Shown piece by piece: positions 8,632 through 17,860 of a stretch of 64,000 bases of DNA. The stretch comes from Candidatus Woykebacteria bacterium. GTDB taxonomy: Bacteria > Patescibacteriota > Microgenomatia > Woykebacterales > RBG-16-39-9b. Positions within the stretch are counted from its first letter, which is position 1, and every line of letters starts with the position of its first letter. The stretch covers positions 53,691 through 117,690 of the forward strand of contig JBBDPN010000001.1 of assembly GCA_040876265.1 (NCBI GenBank), given 5' to 3'. The notes below the pieces were generated by a model that was not told the origin of the DNA, ran no database searches, and saw only the letters and a program-made list of their open reading frames with translations. The translations under genes were made by a program, and so were the position numbers.

Positions 8632-10644
8632 ATGTCTGAAAATCTCGTTATTGTTGAGTCCCCGACAAAAGCAAGAACGTTGTCGCGTTTCTTAGGCAGT
8701 AAATATAAAATCGAAGCCTCAATGGGTCACGTTCGTGACCTACCAAAAGCCAAAATTGGTGTTGACGTCGATCACGATTTTGAACCTGCGTACGTAATTC
8801 CAAAAAGTAAAAGAAAAACAGTCGAAAATCTGCGTGATATTTTACGCAGTGCCAAAAATATTATCCTAGCTACTGACCCAGATAGAGAAGGAGAAGCAAT
8901 TGCTTGGCACGTTCAATATCTAGCAACTGAAGATCAAAAAGCAAAAAGCAAAAAGCAAAAGGCAGAACCCAAGTTCTCCCGCATTGTTTTCCATGAAATC
9001 ACCAAAGAAGCGGTACAGGAGGCCCTGAGGAGTCCCAGAACTATTAATTTGAAGCTAGTGGATGCCCAAGTGGGCCGGAGAGTTTTGGACCGATTGGTTG
9101 GTTATAGACTTTCGCCACTGCTTTGGAAAAAAGTGAAAAGCGGTCTTTCAGCCGGTCGAGTCCAGTCAGTGGCGGTCCGGCTGATCGTCGAAAGAGAGCG
9201 GGAGATAGAACAATTTGTGCCGGTCGAATATTGGAGTATTGAAGCGCTGCTCCGAAGTCAAAACGATGAATTTGTGGCACAGCTATCACAAAAAGACGGG
9301 AAGAAAATAGAAATTGGAAATGAAAAGCAGGCAAAATCTATTACAAAAGAATTAGAAAGCAAGGATACACGTTGGGAAGTAGTCAAAAAAGAGGAAAAGG
9401 AAGCTAAAAAATACCCCGCGCCACCGTTTACCACTTCAACAATGACGCAAACAGGAGCCAACAATTTTGGGTTTACCTCAAAAAAGACTATGAAACTCGC
9501 CCAGGATCTATACGAGCATGGGTTGATTACTTACCACCGCACCGATTCGGTAAACCTATCACCGATAGCTTTAGCTGCGGCCAGAAAATTTATTGATAAG
9601 CAGTTTGGTAAGCAATATCTTCCGAGCTCAAGCAGGATCTACAAAACTAAAAGTAAGATTGCCCAGGAGGCCCACGAAGCGGTACGGCCTACTGATGTAA
9701 GCAAGCAGCAGGTAGAAGCTGGAAAACAGCTAAGTCGAGACCACCAAAAGCTGTACGAACTTATCTGGAAAAGATTTGTAGCTAGCCAAATGGCCGAAGC
9801 AGTTTATGATCAGGTGAGTTTGGATATCGTCGCGGGTAAGTATACATTTAGAGCAGCTGGGTCTGTTGTTAAATTTCCTGGGTACCAGAAAGTTTATGGG
9901 CGCAAAGAAGGTGATGTTGCCGGTGACGGGGATAAAAAAATACCGCCATTGCCGGAGGGAACGAAATTGGATTTAGTAAAGCTGTTCTCGGAGCAGCATT
10001 TCACAGAGTCACTACCAAGATACACTGAGGCGAGCCTCATAAAGACTCTAGAAGAAAAGGGAATCGGCCGTCCCAGTACTTACGCTCCGATTATTTCAAC
10101 CATACAAGAAAGAAATTACGTAGAGCTGCAGCAGCGAAAGTTTCGACCAACACCGCTTGGTGCGGCTGCTAACGATTTTCTAGTGAAATATTTTCCAGGC
10201 GTTTTTGACTACAGTTTTACGGCTAAGATGGAAGAGTCACTGGATGACATTGCCGCCGGAGAGAAAAAATGGGTGCCGGTTATCGCCGAGTTTTACGGAC
10301 CGTTTAATAAGGAGGTGGAGAAAGTGACGGAGGAGAGTGGCCGAGTAAAAATATTCCACGAGTTGACAGACGAAAAATGCCCTGAAGGTCACCCCCTGAT
10401 AATACGCTACGGTCGTTTTGGTAAATTTCTCGCTTGTGAAAATTTCCCAGATCACAAATACACCAAAGCTTTTGAGGAGAAAACTGACTCAAAATGCCCG
10501 GAAAGTGCTGATCCAATAGTAATAAAAAGAACCAGAAGAGGCCGCCCATTTTACGGTTGCAGCGGCTACCCCAAGTGTAAATGGATGAGCTGGCGTTTGC
10601 CAAAAGAATCCTCGGTTATCGGTCAAGAAGCAGCGGGAGCGTAA
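8632..10644 (+). CDS. topA: DNA topoisomerase I
   Basis: TOPRIM 'LVIVESPTKARTLSRFLG...ILATDPDREGEAIAWH'. Active-site region 'LITYHRTDS'. C-terminal zinc ribbons 'KCPEGHP...CENFPDHKY' and 'KCPESADP...CSGYPKCKW'. Confidence 0.95.
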   Translation: MSENLVIVESPTKARTLSRFLGSKYKIEASMGHVRDLPKAKIGVDVDHDFEPAYVIPKSKRKTVENLRDILRSAKNIILATDPDREGEAIAWHVQYLATEDQKAKSKKQKAEPKFSRIVFHEITKEAVQEALRSPRTINLKLVDAQVGRRVLDRLVGYRLSPLLWKKVKSGLSAGRVQSVAVRLIVEREREIEQFVPVEYWSIEALLRSQNDEFVAQLSQKDGKKIEIGNEKQAKSITKELESKDTRWEVVKKEEKEAKKYPAPPFTTSTMTQTGANNFGFTSKKTMKLAQDLYEHGLITYHRTDSVNLSPIALAAARKFIDKQFGKQYLPSSSRIYKTKSKIAQEAHEAVRPTDVSKQQVEAGKQLSRDHQKLYELIWKRFVASQMAEAVYDQVSLDIVAGKYTFRAAGSVVKFPGYQKVYGRKEGDVAGDGDKKIPPLPEGTKLDLVKLFSEQHFTESLPRYTEASLIKTLEEKGIGRPSTYAPIISTIQERNYVELQQRKFRPTPLGAAANDFLVKYFPGVFDYSFTAKMEESLDDIAAGEKKWVPVIAEFYGPFNKEVEKVTEESGRVKIFHELTDEKCPEGHPLIIRYGRFGKFLACENFPDHKYTKAFEEKTDSKCPESADPIVIKRTRRGRPFYGCSGYPKCKWMSWRLPKESSVIGQEAAGA

Positions 10645-10674
10645 CCGTCCATGTTAAAATTAAAATAATCTGCC

Positions 10675-11910
10675 ATGGTTGAATTTATCATTTTTTTGAT
10701 TCTTTTTACACTCTCCGCTTTTTTTGCCGCCAGTGAAACGAGCATTTTTTCGGTTGGTAAATTTAAACTACATTCTTTGGTAAAAGAAGGTAAACCTGGT
10801 GCCGGTGCACTGGATAGACTTAAAAGTAACCCGAATAGACTCCTGGCTACTATTTTGGTTGGCAACAACATCGTCAACGTCCTTATCGCTTCTTACGCTA
10901 CTTTTTTGGCGACAGAAATCTTCGGCTCTTTAGGGGTTGGTTTGGCTACGGGTGGGGTGACCGTAGTTCTTTTAATTGTAGGTGAAACTGTACCAAAAAG
11001 TTTTGCTGCGCACCGGCCGATAGGTATGGCTCTTTTTGCGGCCCCATTGCTGGAAATAATTAGTACCTTTCTTTATCCAGTTGTAATTATTCTGGAACGC
11101 TTGTCCACTTTCTTTACACATTTGTTTGCCGAAGCTGGTACCGAGGCAGTAACCGAAGAAGAGTTGAAGAGTGTTATTGCGGTCAGTGAGGAAGCCGGGC
11201 TTTTAGGGAAAGACGCCGCTGAAATAATGGAAAACGTGATCGAATTTGAAGATGTGAAGGTAGGTGAGGTCATGACCCCCGAAATCTCGGTTGTTTATTT
11301 GGACGGTAATAAAACTTTGCGAGAAGTGATGGGGACAATTGTCAAAAGCGATTACTCCCGCTTTCCGGTTTTTGAAGGTGATGAAGAAAACGTCACTGGT
11401 GTCTTTGATGTCGATTTTGCCCTGCGCGAAATCCAAAAGAGAAGTTGGGACACTAGAGTAAAAGAGCTTACCGTTCCACCTTTTATTGTTCCTGAGGGTA
11501 AAAAGGTGTCGGAGCTGCTTTCTGATTTCGCGAGACTGAAGAAAAAAATCGCGCTTGTAGTGGATGAACACGGTAGTTTTGTGGGAGTTGCTTCTCTAGA
11601 AGACGTGCTAGAAGAAATCGTCGGTGATATTTTTGATAAGAGTGTGAGAATGGAGAAATTTGTTAAGAAGGGCAAAGGAGGTGCGTTAGAAATAGCTGGC
11701 TCTACCCGTGTCGCTGACCTAGAGAAATTCCTTCACGTAAATCTTAAAGGCGAAGGTTTTACTACTCTAGCAGGGCTCATCCAAACTCAAATTGGCCGGA
11801 TACCCAAAAAAGGTGAACAAATTCGCCTGAAACATTTCGAAATAGAGGTTGAAGATGCAGACGAAAGAAGTATCCACAAAGTAAGACTCTACCGACTCCC
11901 CACTATCTAA
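10675..11910 (+). CDS. CNNM/HlyC-CorC family transporter (DUF21 TM domain + CBS pair + CorC_HlyC)
   Basis: N-terminal 4-TM DUF21 'LILFTLSAFFAASETSIFS...LLATILVGNNIVNVL'. CBS region 'VMTPEISVVYLD'. C-terminal 'LAGLIQTQIGRIPKKGEQI'. Confidence 0.85.
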   Translation: MVEFIIFLILFTLSAFFAASETSIFSVGKFKLHSLVKEGKPGAGALDRLKSNPNRLLATILVGNNIVNVLIASYATFLATEIFGSLGVGLATGGVTVVLLIVGETVPKSFAAHRPIGMALFAAPLLEIISTFLYPVVIILERLSTFFTHLFAEAGTEAVTEEELKSVIAVSEEAGLLGKDAAEIMENVIEFEDVKVGEVMTPEISVVYLDGNKTLREVMGTIVKSDYSRFPVFEGDEENVTGVFDVDFALREIQKRSWDTRVKELTVPPFIVPEGKKVSELLSDFARLKKKIALVVDEHGSFVGVASLEDVLEEIVGDIFDKSVRMEKFVKKGKGGALEIAGSTRVADLEKFLHVNLKGEGFTTLAGLIQTQIGRIPKKGEQIRLKHFEIEVEDADERSIHKVRLYRLPTI

Positions 11911-11995
11911 ACCCCGTAGGTTGAAATATGACTCATAGTGTGATATAATTCTCCAAATTTTTTAGTTCCCGAAAGGGAGGGAAGGAGACCAACAG

Positions 11996-12844
11996 TTGAA
12001 AGGGATCATAGTCGTACTAGGCGCAATCCTAGTCCTTGCTCTCTTCGCTACTGGTTCAGTCCGGGGTGAGGACGTAAGGGAAGGCTACTGTTTGGGCCTC
12101 GAGCAGAGCAGTGCAGGGGTTCAACCATCCGCTGCTGCGAATGCGGGCGGCCAAAGCGAATTCCGTGGTGATGAAGTCGGCGCCAACTCCAGCTTCTTTA
12201 TCACCCTGGCCGACGGCACGGAGGCTCACACCTTCGTTTCGGCCAGCGATTTCCGGTTCAAGGAGAACAGGTCCAGCACCGCTGGGTCAAGCATCTTCGT
12301 GGATCTGTTTCTGATAGACGTCGGTAACCCAGACGATTACTGTGACGACGTGTTCCAGTACTTCTACGGGTTTGCGGATCTTGCCACGGATCAATTCGAC
12401 GTCGGTCGGGACCTGTCATCCGCCAACCTGAACGCGATGGTGGAGGTCTGCACGGATCCATTTGACCCTTGGTCGAAATGCCACGAGGTCAAAATCAGCA
12501 AGTTGGTCTGGGGTGAGCCCGGTGGTCTGTACCACGATTGGGGTAGCAACCACCACCGGGACGATACCGGTTGCAGGAGCGACAGCTCGCACAACATCAA
12601 AAGCCGTGACGCGGTAGCAACTGGCAGTATCACGTTCGATGGTCAGCAACTAGCGCCAGGACCTTCGGACTGGGCCAGCATCTACAGCTCGGTCTTTAAG
12701 GATAAGAGCCGTGGGTGTTTCTACGCCGAGTACTGCCAACTGGAACTGGGCGCAGTCGGCAGGGCCAATCCTCTAGAGCTGGATCGCCTGTCGGCCAGGA
12801 CTGCAGGGACCATCGTGCCGGCAGCCTGCTTGGAAACACGCTAG
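11996..12844 (+). CDS. Secreted Cys-containing hypothetical protein (GC-rich island; TTG start)
   Basis: Strong SD 'AAGGGAGGGAAGGAG' then TTG. Signal peptide 'IIVVLGAILVLALFATGSVRG'. No recognised domain. GC is much higher than in flanking core genes. Confidence 0.45.
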   Translation: MKGIIVVLGAILVLALFATGSVRGEDVREGYCLGLEQSSAGVQPSAAANAGGQSEFRGDEVGANSSFFITLADGTEAHTFVSASDFRFKENRSSTAGSSIFVDLFLIDVGNPDDYCDDVFQYFYGFADLATDQFDVGRDLSSANLNAMVEVCTDPFDPWSKCHEVKISKLVWGEPGGLYHDWGSNHHRDDTGCRSDSSHNIKSRDAVATGSITFDGQQLAPGPSDWASIYSSVFKDKSRGCFYAEYCQLELGAVGRANPLELDRLSARTAGTIVPAACLETR

Positions 12845-12865
12845 CCCAGCGTATTTCCCCGTCGA

Positions 12866-12908
12866 CCGGAGCGCAGCAATACCCTTCCAAAGGTGAGCTG
12901 CGCTCCGG
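12866..12908. repeat. Perfect 12-bp inverted repeat (CCGGAGCGCAGC...GCTGCGCTCCGG) downstream of 11996..12844; stem-loop without a U-tract
   Basis: Read directly from the sequence. Confidence 0.5.
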
Positions 12909-13199
12909 TAACTCTTAAGCAAATCTCTTCTTACACTGAGGTTCTGAGATATTTTAAATCTTACATCTTATATCTTACGTCTAAGGAAAGGTTTGTTTAA
13001 TAGTGCCTTGAAGACAGAGTGGTTTTAAGGCAAGGTAAGAGGGTAGAAGTAGAAGTAGGAGTAGAGAGTGTGTGAGAGACCAGGCAAACGACGTCGCTGC
13101 TCAGCGGACAGATACATGCCGCTCATTATTATCTTGGGGGTAATTGCAATCGCTGCACTTATACCTTTCGGGTTAAGCGTACTAAAGTAGGAGGATATC

Positions 13200-13640
13200 A
13201 TGAAAATACCACCCAAGTGGCAGCAGGTCCTGATCGTTGGATCGTTCGTAGTCGGCTTGGTATTCATCGGGTTGGGTGTCCTTAGTGTGCCTTCCGACGG
13301 AATCGATCCAAGTGTAGAGGTCGAAGAGTCCGCTGATAGGATCATAGATCTGGACAACGATGACGTGGACGATGAGATTGACAACTGTCCACAGGATGCC
13401 AACGCGGACCAGGACGATTTCGATGGCGACGGTATTGGTTCTGCGTGCGACCCAGACCTGGATAACGATGGGGTGGAGAACGGGGAGGATAACTGTCCAA
13501 ACGTGCCGAACGAGAACCAGGCCCCTGGGCGGTTCGTAGACACGTATGGTAACAGACTCGGAGATGCGTGTGACGACCTGCCGTTCCCGGTTCATGATGG
13601 CCCCACGAGTTTTAACTTGAGGGGCCTTCTTGCTTGTTGA
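13200..13640 (+). CDS. Membrane-anchored thrombospondin type 3 repeat (Ca-binding) protein
   Basis: SD 'AGGAGG' then ATG. TM 'VLIVGSFVVGLVFIGLGVL'. TSP3-like 'DNCPQDANADQDDFDGDGIGSACDPDLDNDGVENGEDNCPNVPNENQ'. Confidence 0.55.
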   Translation: MKIPPKWQQVLIVGSFVVGLVFIGLGVLSVPSDGIDPSVEVEESADRIIDLDNDDVDDEIDNCPQDANADQDDFDGDGIGSACDPDLDNDGVENGEDNCPNVPNENQAPGRFVDTYGNRLGDACDDLPFPVHDGPTSFNLRGLLAC

Positions 13641-14310
13641 ACCTAGAAATTAAGGGCTTGCATGGTCGTTATATAATATCTACAATAAAATTAGTCCCCC
13701 AAGACAAGGTTAGCAAACGTTGTTTTGAGGGAGAAGTGGATCGTCCGTCGCCGGAGCTTTTTGGTTCGCCATCGAGTACGGATGACACAAAGGGTGATCG
13801 ACTTTTTCAGGAGCCTTTCGGCCTGAAGTCTGTTTCGGCAGGCGGGTTCAAACGCTGTTGCTTTCCCAGTGAGGCATAAGTGGAGATCTCCTCACGAGGA
13901 GTCAATTCCGCAGAAAACCTTCTGGGTTGTGATGACATGCTGAGAGTGAACCCCAGGTTGAACGGTTCTGAGCGGTTGGTTCAAGCGTAATAGTGCACCG
14001 GAGGAATCCATGCATATGGCTGAACCCAGGACCTAGTCCTTGCGAGTCCGTGCTCGGTAGGGGCTAGGTCAAAGCCGGATCTTGCGTTAGTTTAGAGATC
14101 ACAATCGAATATAAGGAGAGTGATTGGTCGTAGTGGGGAGCATTGGTGGGTAGTAGTGAGCCCGGGCTCGCCAAACTCTTGCCATGTTGGATTCCCCCTG
14201 TGCTTGCACCGACCCCCACCGAAAGGCGGAAGTGCTCCTAGCGAGTATCTTGTTGCCTTTCGGTCTCTCCCAAGCCAACATCTATTTGATTTTGGTTTAG
14301 GACAAGAAAT

Positions 14311-14349
14311 GACCCCGCTTTTTCATGAAGCAATGGGGTCGTTTTTTTT
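14311..14349 (+). terminator. Intrinsic terminator (GACCCC...GGGGTC stem then T8) ending a ~700-nt unassigned GC-rich non-coding region
   Basis: 'GACCCCGCTTTTTCATGAAGCAATGGGGTCGTTTTTTTT'. Confidence 0.6.
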
Positions 14350-14439
14350 AGCCCACGAACTCCGATTTGATCGGAGGAAGTGGTCGCAACACGCGAGAGT
14401 AATAAAAAATCTTGTATTTCGAAGTACGGAGCGTGCTAT
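14350..14439 (+). repeat. Copy B of the ~90-nt conserved element, upstream of dcd
   Basis: 'TAGCCCACGAACTCCGATTTGATCGGAGGAAGTGGTCGCAACACGCGAGAG...GTACGGAGCGTGCTAT'. The outer stem CACGC/GCGTG covaries with CAGCC/GG(A/C)TG of the other copies. Confidence 0.8.
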
Positions 14440-14544
14440 TGGAGAAAATTTAGGTTAAGGAGTTGTCAAAGAAATCCTGCAATGATATTCTAATTGCGCG
14501 GAGGGCCTGTGCTAATTTAGAGCTTTTACGGGCAGGCAGGTGTA

Positions 14545-15114
14545 ATGATTCTTTCCGACAAAGATATAAGAACCTCTTTAAAGAACGGTAGAATAAAAAT
14601 CACTCCAAAACCAGATCTAGCTGAGCAACTTGGTCCTTGTACCATTGATTTTCATTTGGGAAAAAGTTTCAAAATCTTCAATCACTCCAAATATCCCTTT
14701 ATAGATCCAAGAGATAAGAAAGTCTCAAAAGAGCTTATGAAAGAAATTTCGGTCCCCAAAGACGAGCCGTTTATTATGCGGCCGGGAGAATTTTGCCTGG
14801 CGACCACAGTTGAAAATTTGCAACTTGCTGACGATCTGATCGGTAGGCTCGAGGGGAGAAGTAGTTTGGGTCGGATTGGAATTATTGTCCATTCAACCGC
14901 GGCTCGGTTTGACCCAGGCTGGATAGGTAAACCGGTGATGGAGTTAGGGAATATTGGAGTAATGCCAGTAGCGCTTTATCCTGGCATGAGGATATGTTCT
15001 TTCACTTTCGAACAACTTTCCTCCCCAGCTCTGGTTCCTTATACTCAGAAAAAAGGAGCCAAGTACGCCGGGCAGAAGACACCAGAATCTTCAAAATTAG
15101 CGGAGGAATTTTAA
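14545..15114 (+). CDS. dcd: dCTP deaminase
   Basis: 'MILSDKDIRTSL...IDFHLGKSF...RLEGRSSLGRIGIIVHSTAARFDPGW'. Length 189 aa. Confidence 0.9.
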   Translation: MILSDKDIRTSLKNGRIKITPKPDLAEQLGPCTIDFHLGKSFKIFNHSKYPFIDPRDKKVSKELMKEISVPKDEPFIMRPGEFCLATTVENLQLADDLIGRLEGRSSLGRIGIIVHSTAARFDPGWIGKPVMELGNIGVMPVALYPGMRICSFTFEQLSSPALVPYTQKKGAKYAGQKTPESSKLAEEF

Positions 15115-15117
15115 GCT

Positions 15118-15657
15118 ATGGTACTAGGTGTGGATAAGCTAAAGAAATTGGTCAAAGAAATTAATTTGGTTGAGGCCCTAGGTCCACGCGATCTGGAAAA
15201 TCCAGAAGGGGCTGGTTTTGATCTTCGGCTCGGAGAAGTATTTGAAATTTCCGGCGAGACGGTTCTTGCTATAGAAAAGAGAAAAACGGTTGAGAGTAAA
15301 TCCGTTGCAAAATACAAGGAAGGTAAATCGGAATTTATCACCATCGAACCAGGAGATTTCTATCTTGGTAAGACAATTGAATCTGTGAACCTGCCGGATA
15401 GTTTGGCAGCTACTCTGCACCCTAGGTCTACCACCTTCCGCTCTGGTTTGTGGCTAGGCACGACCCAGATTGCACCCGGTTACAGAGGCCCACTGACGTT
15501 TTCAATAAAAAATTTGGGCCCGTCCAATGTAAAAATTGAACTTGGAGCAAGAGTGTTGCACGTAATGTTTTGGGAAGTAGCCGGTAAAGGTGCAAGTTAC
15601 CGCGGCCAATGGCAAGGCGGTCGGGTAACGAGCAAAGGTGAAGAAAAACAAGTTTAA
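15118..15657 (+). CDS. dCTP deaminase / dUTPase-family paralog (possibly a bifunctional dCTP deaminase-dUTPase or dUTPase)
   Basis: 'AGFDLRLGEVFEI...IEPGDFYLGKTIESVNLP...PRSTTFRSGLWLGTTQIAPGYRGPLTFSIKN'. Lies immediately after dcd. Confidence 0.7.
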   Translation: MVLGVDKLKKLVKEINLVEALGPRDLENPEGAGFDLRLGEVFEISGETVLAIEKRKTVESKSVAKYKEGKSEFITIEPGDFYLGKTIESVNLPDSLAATLHPRSTTFRSGLWLGTTQIAPGYRGPLTFSIKNLGPSNVKIELGARVLHVMFWEVAGKGASYRGQWQGGRVTSKGEEKQV

Positions 15658-15704
15658 AAAACCCTGACCCACCAGCCAATGACAGGGACGGTCCTTGTCA
15701 GCCG

Positions 15705-16670
15705 ATGAAAGTTATGGAAAAGAACCATCCTGAATATCAATATTTAGATTTGTTGGAGGAAGCTCTGGAGAAGGGAATAAAAAAAGTGGATCGAGGGACG
15801 GATATTGTGCTTTACAGTCTATTTGGTCGGCAGACCAGATACGATCTTTCCAAGGGTTTTCCACTCCTGACCACAAAAAAAGTTTATTGGAAAGGAGTTC
15901 TCCACGAGCTCTATTGGTTTATGGCGGGCCAGTCCAACATTAAGTATCTTGTCGATAATAATGTTCACATTTGGGATGATTACCCGTACAAAATTTACGT
16001 TTTAAAGAATAAAGAAAGAAAGCTCCTTAGCAAAGAAGAGTTCATCGAAAAAATCGCTGAAGATCTTAGTTTCGCAAAAAAATGGGGACAGCTGCCTAGG
16101 ATTTACGGAGAAATGTGGCGCCGTTGGCCCACGAGGACGAAAAGGACCGTCGACCAGCTGAAATGGGTTATCGAGGAGCTAAAAGAAGACCCAGACGCGA
16201 AAAATTTAATAGTAAATTCCTGGAACCCCGAGTATCTTTACACGATGGCAACCCTAAAAGACACTTCCAGATTTCCCATCTGCCACAATATGTATCAGGT
16301 TTCCCAGCGAGACGGCAAGCTTTCTCTGCAGCTCTACCAAAGAAGTGCAGACCTTTTTCTTGGAGTGCCATTCAACATAGCTAGCTATTCCTTACTAACC
16401 ATAATTTTGGCGCGGATAACTGGTTATGAGCCTGGTGAGTTTATCCACACCTTTGGTGATGTCCACATCTACGAAAATCACGTCGATCAGGTGAAGGAGC
16501 AGTTAACTAGGAAACCAAAAAAGTTTCCAACTGTAAAAATTGATCCTTCTGTACGAAATCTTGATGATTTTCACCCGGATCTCGTTGCCCTAGAAAATTA
16601 CGAGCCATATCCTGCAATACGTGGTGAACTTACAGTTGCCGGTGGGTATTATGAAAAGACCAAGAATTAG
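15705..16670 (+). CDS. thyA: Thymidylate synthase (long form)
   Basis: 'NSWNPEYL...LPICHNMYQ...LQLYQRSADLFLGVPFNIASYSLLTIILA'. Length 321 aa. Confidence 0.95.
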   Translation: MKVMEKNHPEYQYLDLLEEALEKGIKKVDRGTDIVLYSLFGRQTRYDLSKGFPLLTTKKVYWKGVLHELYWFMAGQSNIKYLVDNNVHIWDDYPYKIYVLKNKERKLLSKEEFIEKIAEDLSFAKKWGQLPRIYGEMWRRWPTRTKRTVDQLKWVIEELKEDPDAKNLIVNSWNPEYLYTMATLKDTSRFPICHNMYQVSQRDGKLSLQLYQRSADLFLGVPFNIASYSLLTIILARITGYEPGEFIHTFGDVHIYENHVDQVKEQLTRKPKKFPTVKIDPSVRNLDDFHPDLVALENYEPYPAIRGELTVAGGYYEKTKN

Positions 16671-17136
16671 TATTATTGCGGCGATTGGGAAAAATAGAGA
16701 GTTGGGTAAAGATAATAAACTTCTTTGGCATATCTCTGAAGATCTCAAAAGATTTAAGAAATTGACAACCGGCCACCCAATCATAATGGGCCGGAAAACT
16801 TTTGATTCGATCGGCAGGGTGCTGCCAAACAGAGTAAATATTGTCGTAACCCGCGACGATTCTTTTAAACAGGACGACGTGCTGGCATGCAATTCAATTA
16901 AAGAGGCGCTGGAGAAAGCTGAATCGGTGGAAAATGATGAAATATTTATTATCGGTGGTGGGCAAATATTTGAACAAATTATCAAATTTGCTGATCGGCT
17001 CTATCTTACTGTAGTCGAGGGTGGGTACGAAGCTGATGCCTTTTTCCCAGATTACTCAAAGTTTAAAACTATAGTTTCCAGCCAAAACGGCGAGTCCGAA
17101 GGGTTGAGATATAAATATGTAGTATTGGAGAGATAA
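16651..17136 (+). CDS. folA: Dihydrofolate reductase
   Basis: 'ISIIAAIGKNRELGKDNKLLWHISEDLKRFKKLTTGHPIIMGRKTFDSIG'. Start assigned to the internal ATG that overlaps the thyA 3' end. Confidence 0.9.
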   Translation: MKRPRISIIAAIGKNRELGKDNKLLWHISEDLKRFKKLTTGHPIIMGRKTFDSIGRVLPNRVNIVVTRDDSFKQDDVLACNSIKEALEKAESVENDEIFIIGGGQIFEQIIKFADRLYLTVVEGGYEADAFFPDYSKFKTIVSSQNGESEGLRYKYVVLER

Positions 17137-17185
17137 TCGAAGGGACAGCAGGACCACGCCGCCCCTTCGTTTTTGGACTCTCCGT

Positions 17186-17860
17186 TTAGTTTAGGAAAGC
17201 TATGCGATCTTCCTCCACTGCCTTTAGGACTTCATTAAGATTGTCAAATAAGAAATCCGGATCTTCCGTATCTAGCCGGTCCTTGTCGTGGAAACCTTCA
17301 CAGACCGCAACCGAAACTACACCGACCTCCTTGGCTTGTTGGATATCATAAACGGTGTCTCCGACGTAGAGGGCGTGTCTGGGGTTTGTGACCCCAAATT
17401 GAGACAACAGCTTACGAATACCGTCAGCTTTGCTCCGCGAGTCTCCCATGAAAACCGATACCAGACTAGATAAGCCGTACTGGTCGGCTTCTTCACGAAG
17501 GTGGGCTAACGGGTGTGTGCTTAACACTCCTATAGTGAAGCCCTTACTTTTGAGCAAGTGGAGCAGCTGTTTGGCGTTTGGATAGGCCTGGGGGACTATC
17601 CCGTCTGCTTTCACGCCGTCTAGTACCCTATGGTACCACTCCTGGTGTTCTTGGTCAGTACCCGCTATCCCATGATCTCTCATGATTTCGGCTGCAGTCA
17701 GTCTGGTTCGCGGGCGCCACTGCTCAAGAGTTAGTCTGGGAAGCCCCTGTTCTTCGAACATCCGGTTGTTTGCTTCACAGATCACAATCGGGTCGTTGCT
17801 CAGGACTCCACTCCAGTCGAAAAAGGCGTGCGAAATTATCTCTGGTTTTGACAAGACCAA
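17186..17860 (-). CDS. HAD-superfamily hydrolase (phosphatase; possibly a nucleotidase in the thymidylate block)
   Basis: Motif I 'FFDWSGVL'. Motif IV 'LYVGDTVYDIQQAKEVG'. Confidence 0.8.
   Translation of the reverse strand: MVLSKPEIISHAFFDWSGVLSNDPIVICEANNRMFEEQGLPRLTLEQWRPRTRLTAAEIMRDHGIAGTDQEHQEWYHRVLDGVKADGIVPQAYPNAKQLLHLLKSKGFTIGVLSTHPLAHLREEADQYGLSSLVSVFMGDSRSKADGIRKLLSQFGVTNPRHALYVGDTVYDIQQAKEVGVVSVAVCEGFHDKDRLDTEDPDFLFDNLNEVLKAVEEDRIAFLN

Noticed and set aside
13025-13595. Two long minus-strand ORFs (172 and 137 aa) overlapping the TSP3-repeat gene
   Set aside because: GC-rich DNA is stop-codon poor. The plus-strand gene has an SD, a TM helix and recognisable TSP3 repeats, whereas the antisense ORFs have none of these.
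13880-14300. Possible RNase P RNA or tmRNA in the GC-rich non-coding stretch
   Set aside because: Only a near-match to the P4 strand (GCCCGGGCUC vs GUCCGGGCUC) on the wrong strand. There is no GGUAA/ACAGAAACCCGGCUUA-type elements, and no tRNA-like T-arm/ACCA end for tmRNA. Left as unassigned.
14120-14458. 112-aa ORF spanning the intrinsic terminator and copy B of the ~90-nt element
   Set aside because: It would be translated through a strong terminator hairpin/T-tract and through a conserved non-coding repeat. Its translation matches the reading-frame artefact seen in the other repeat copies.
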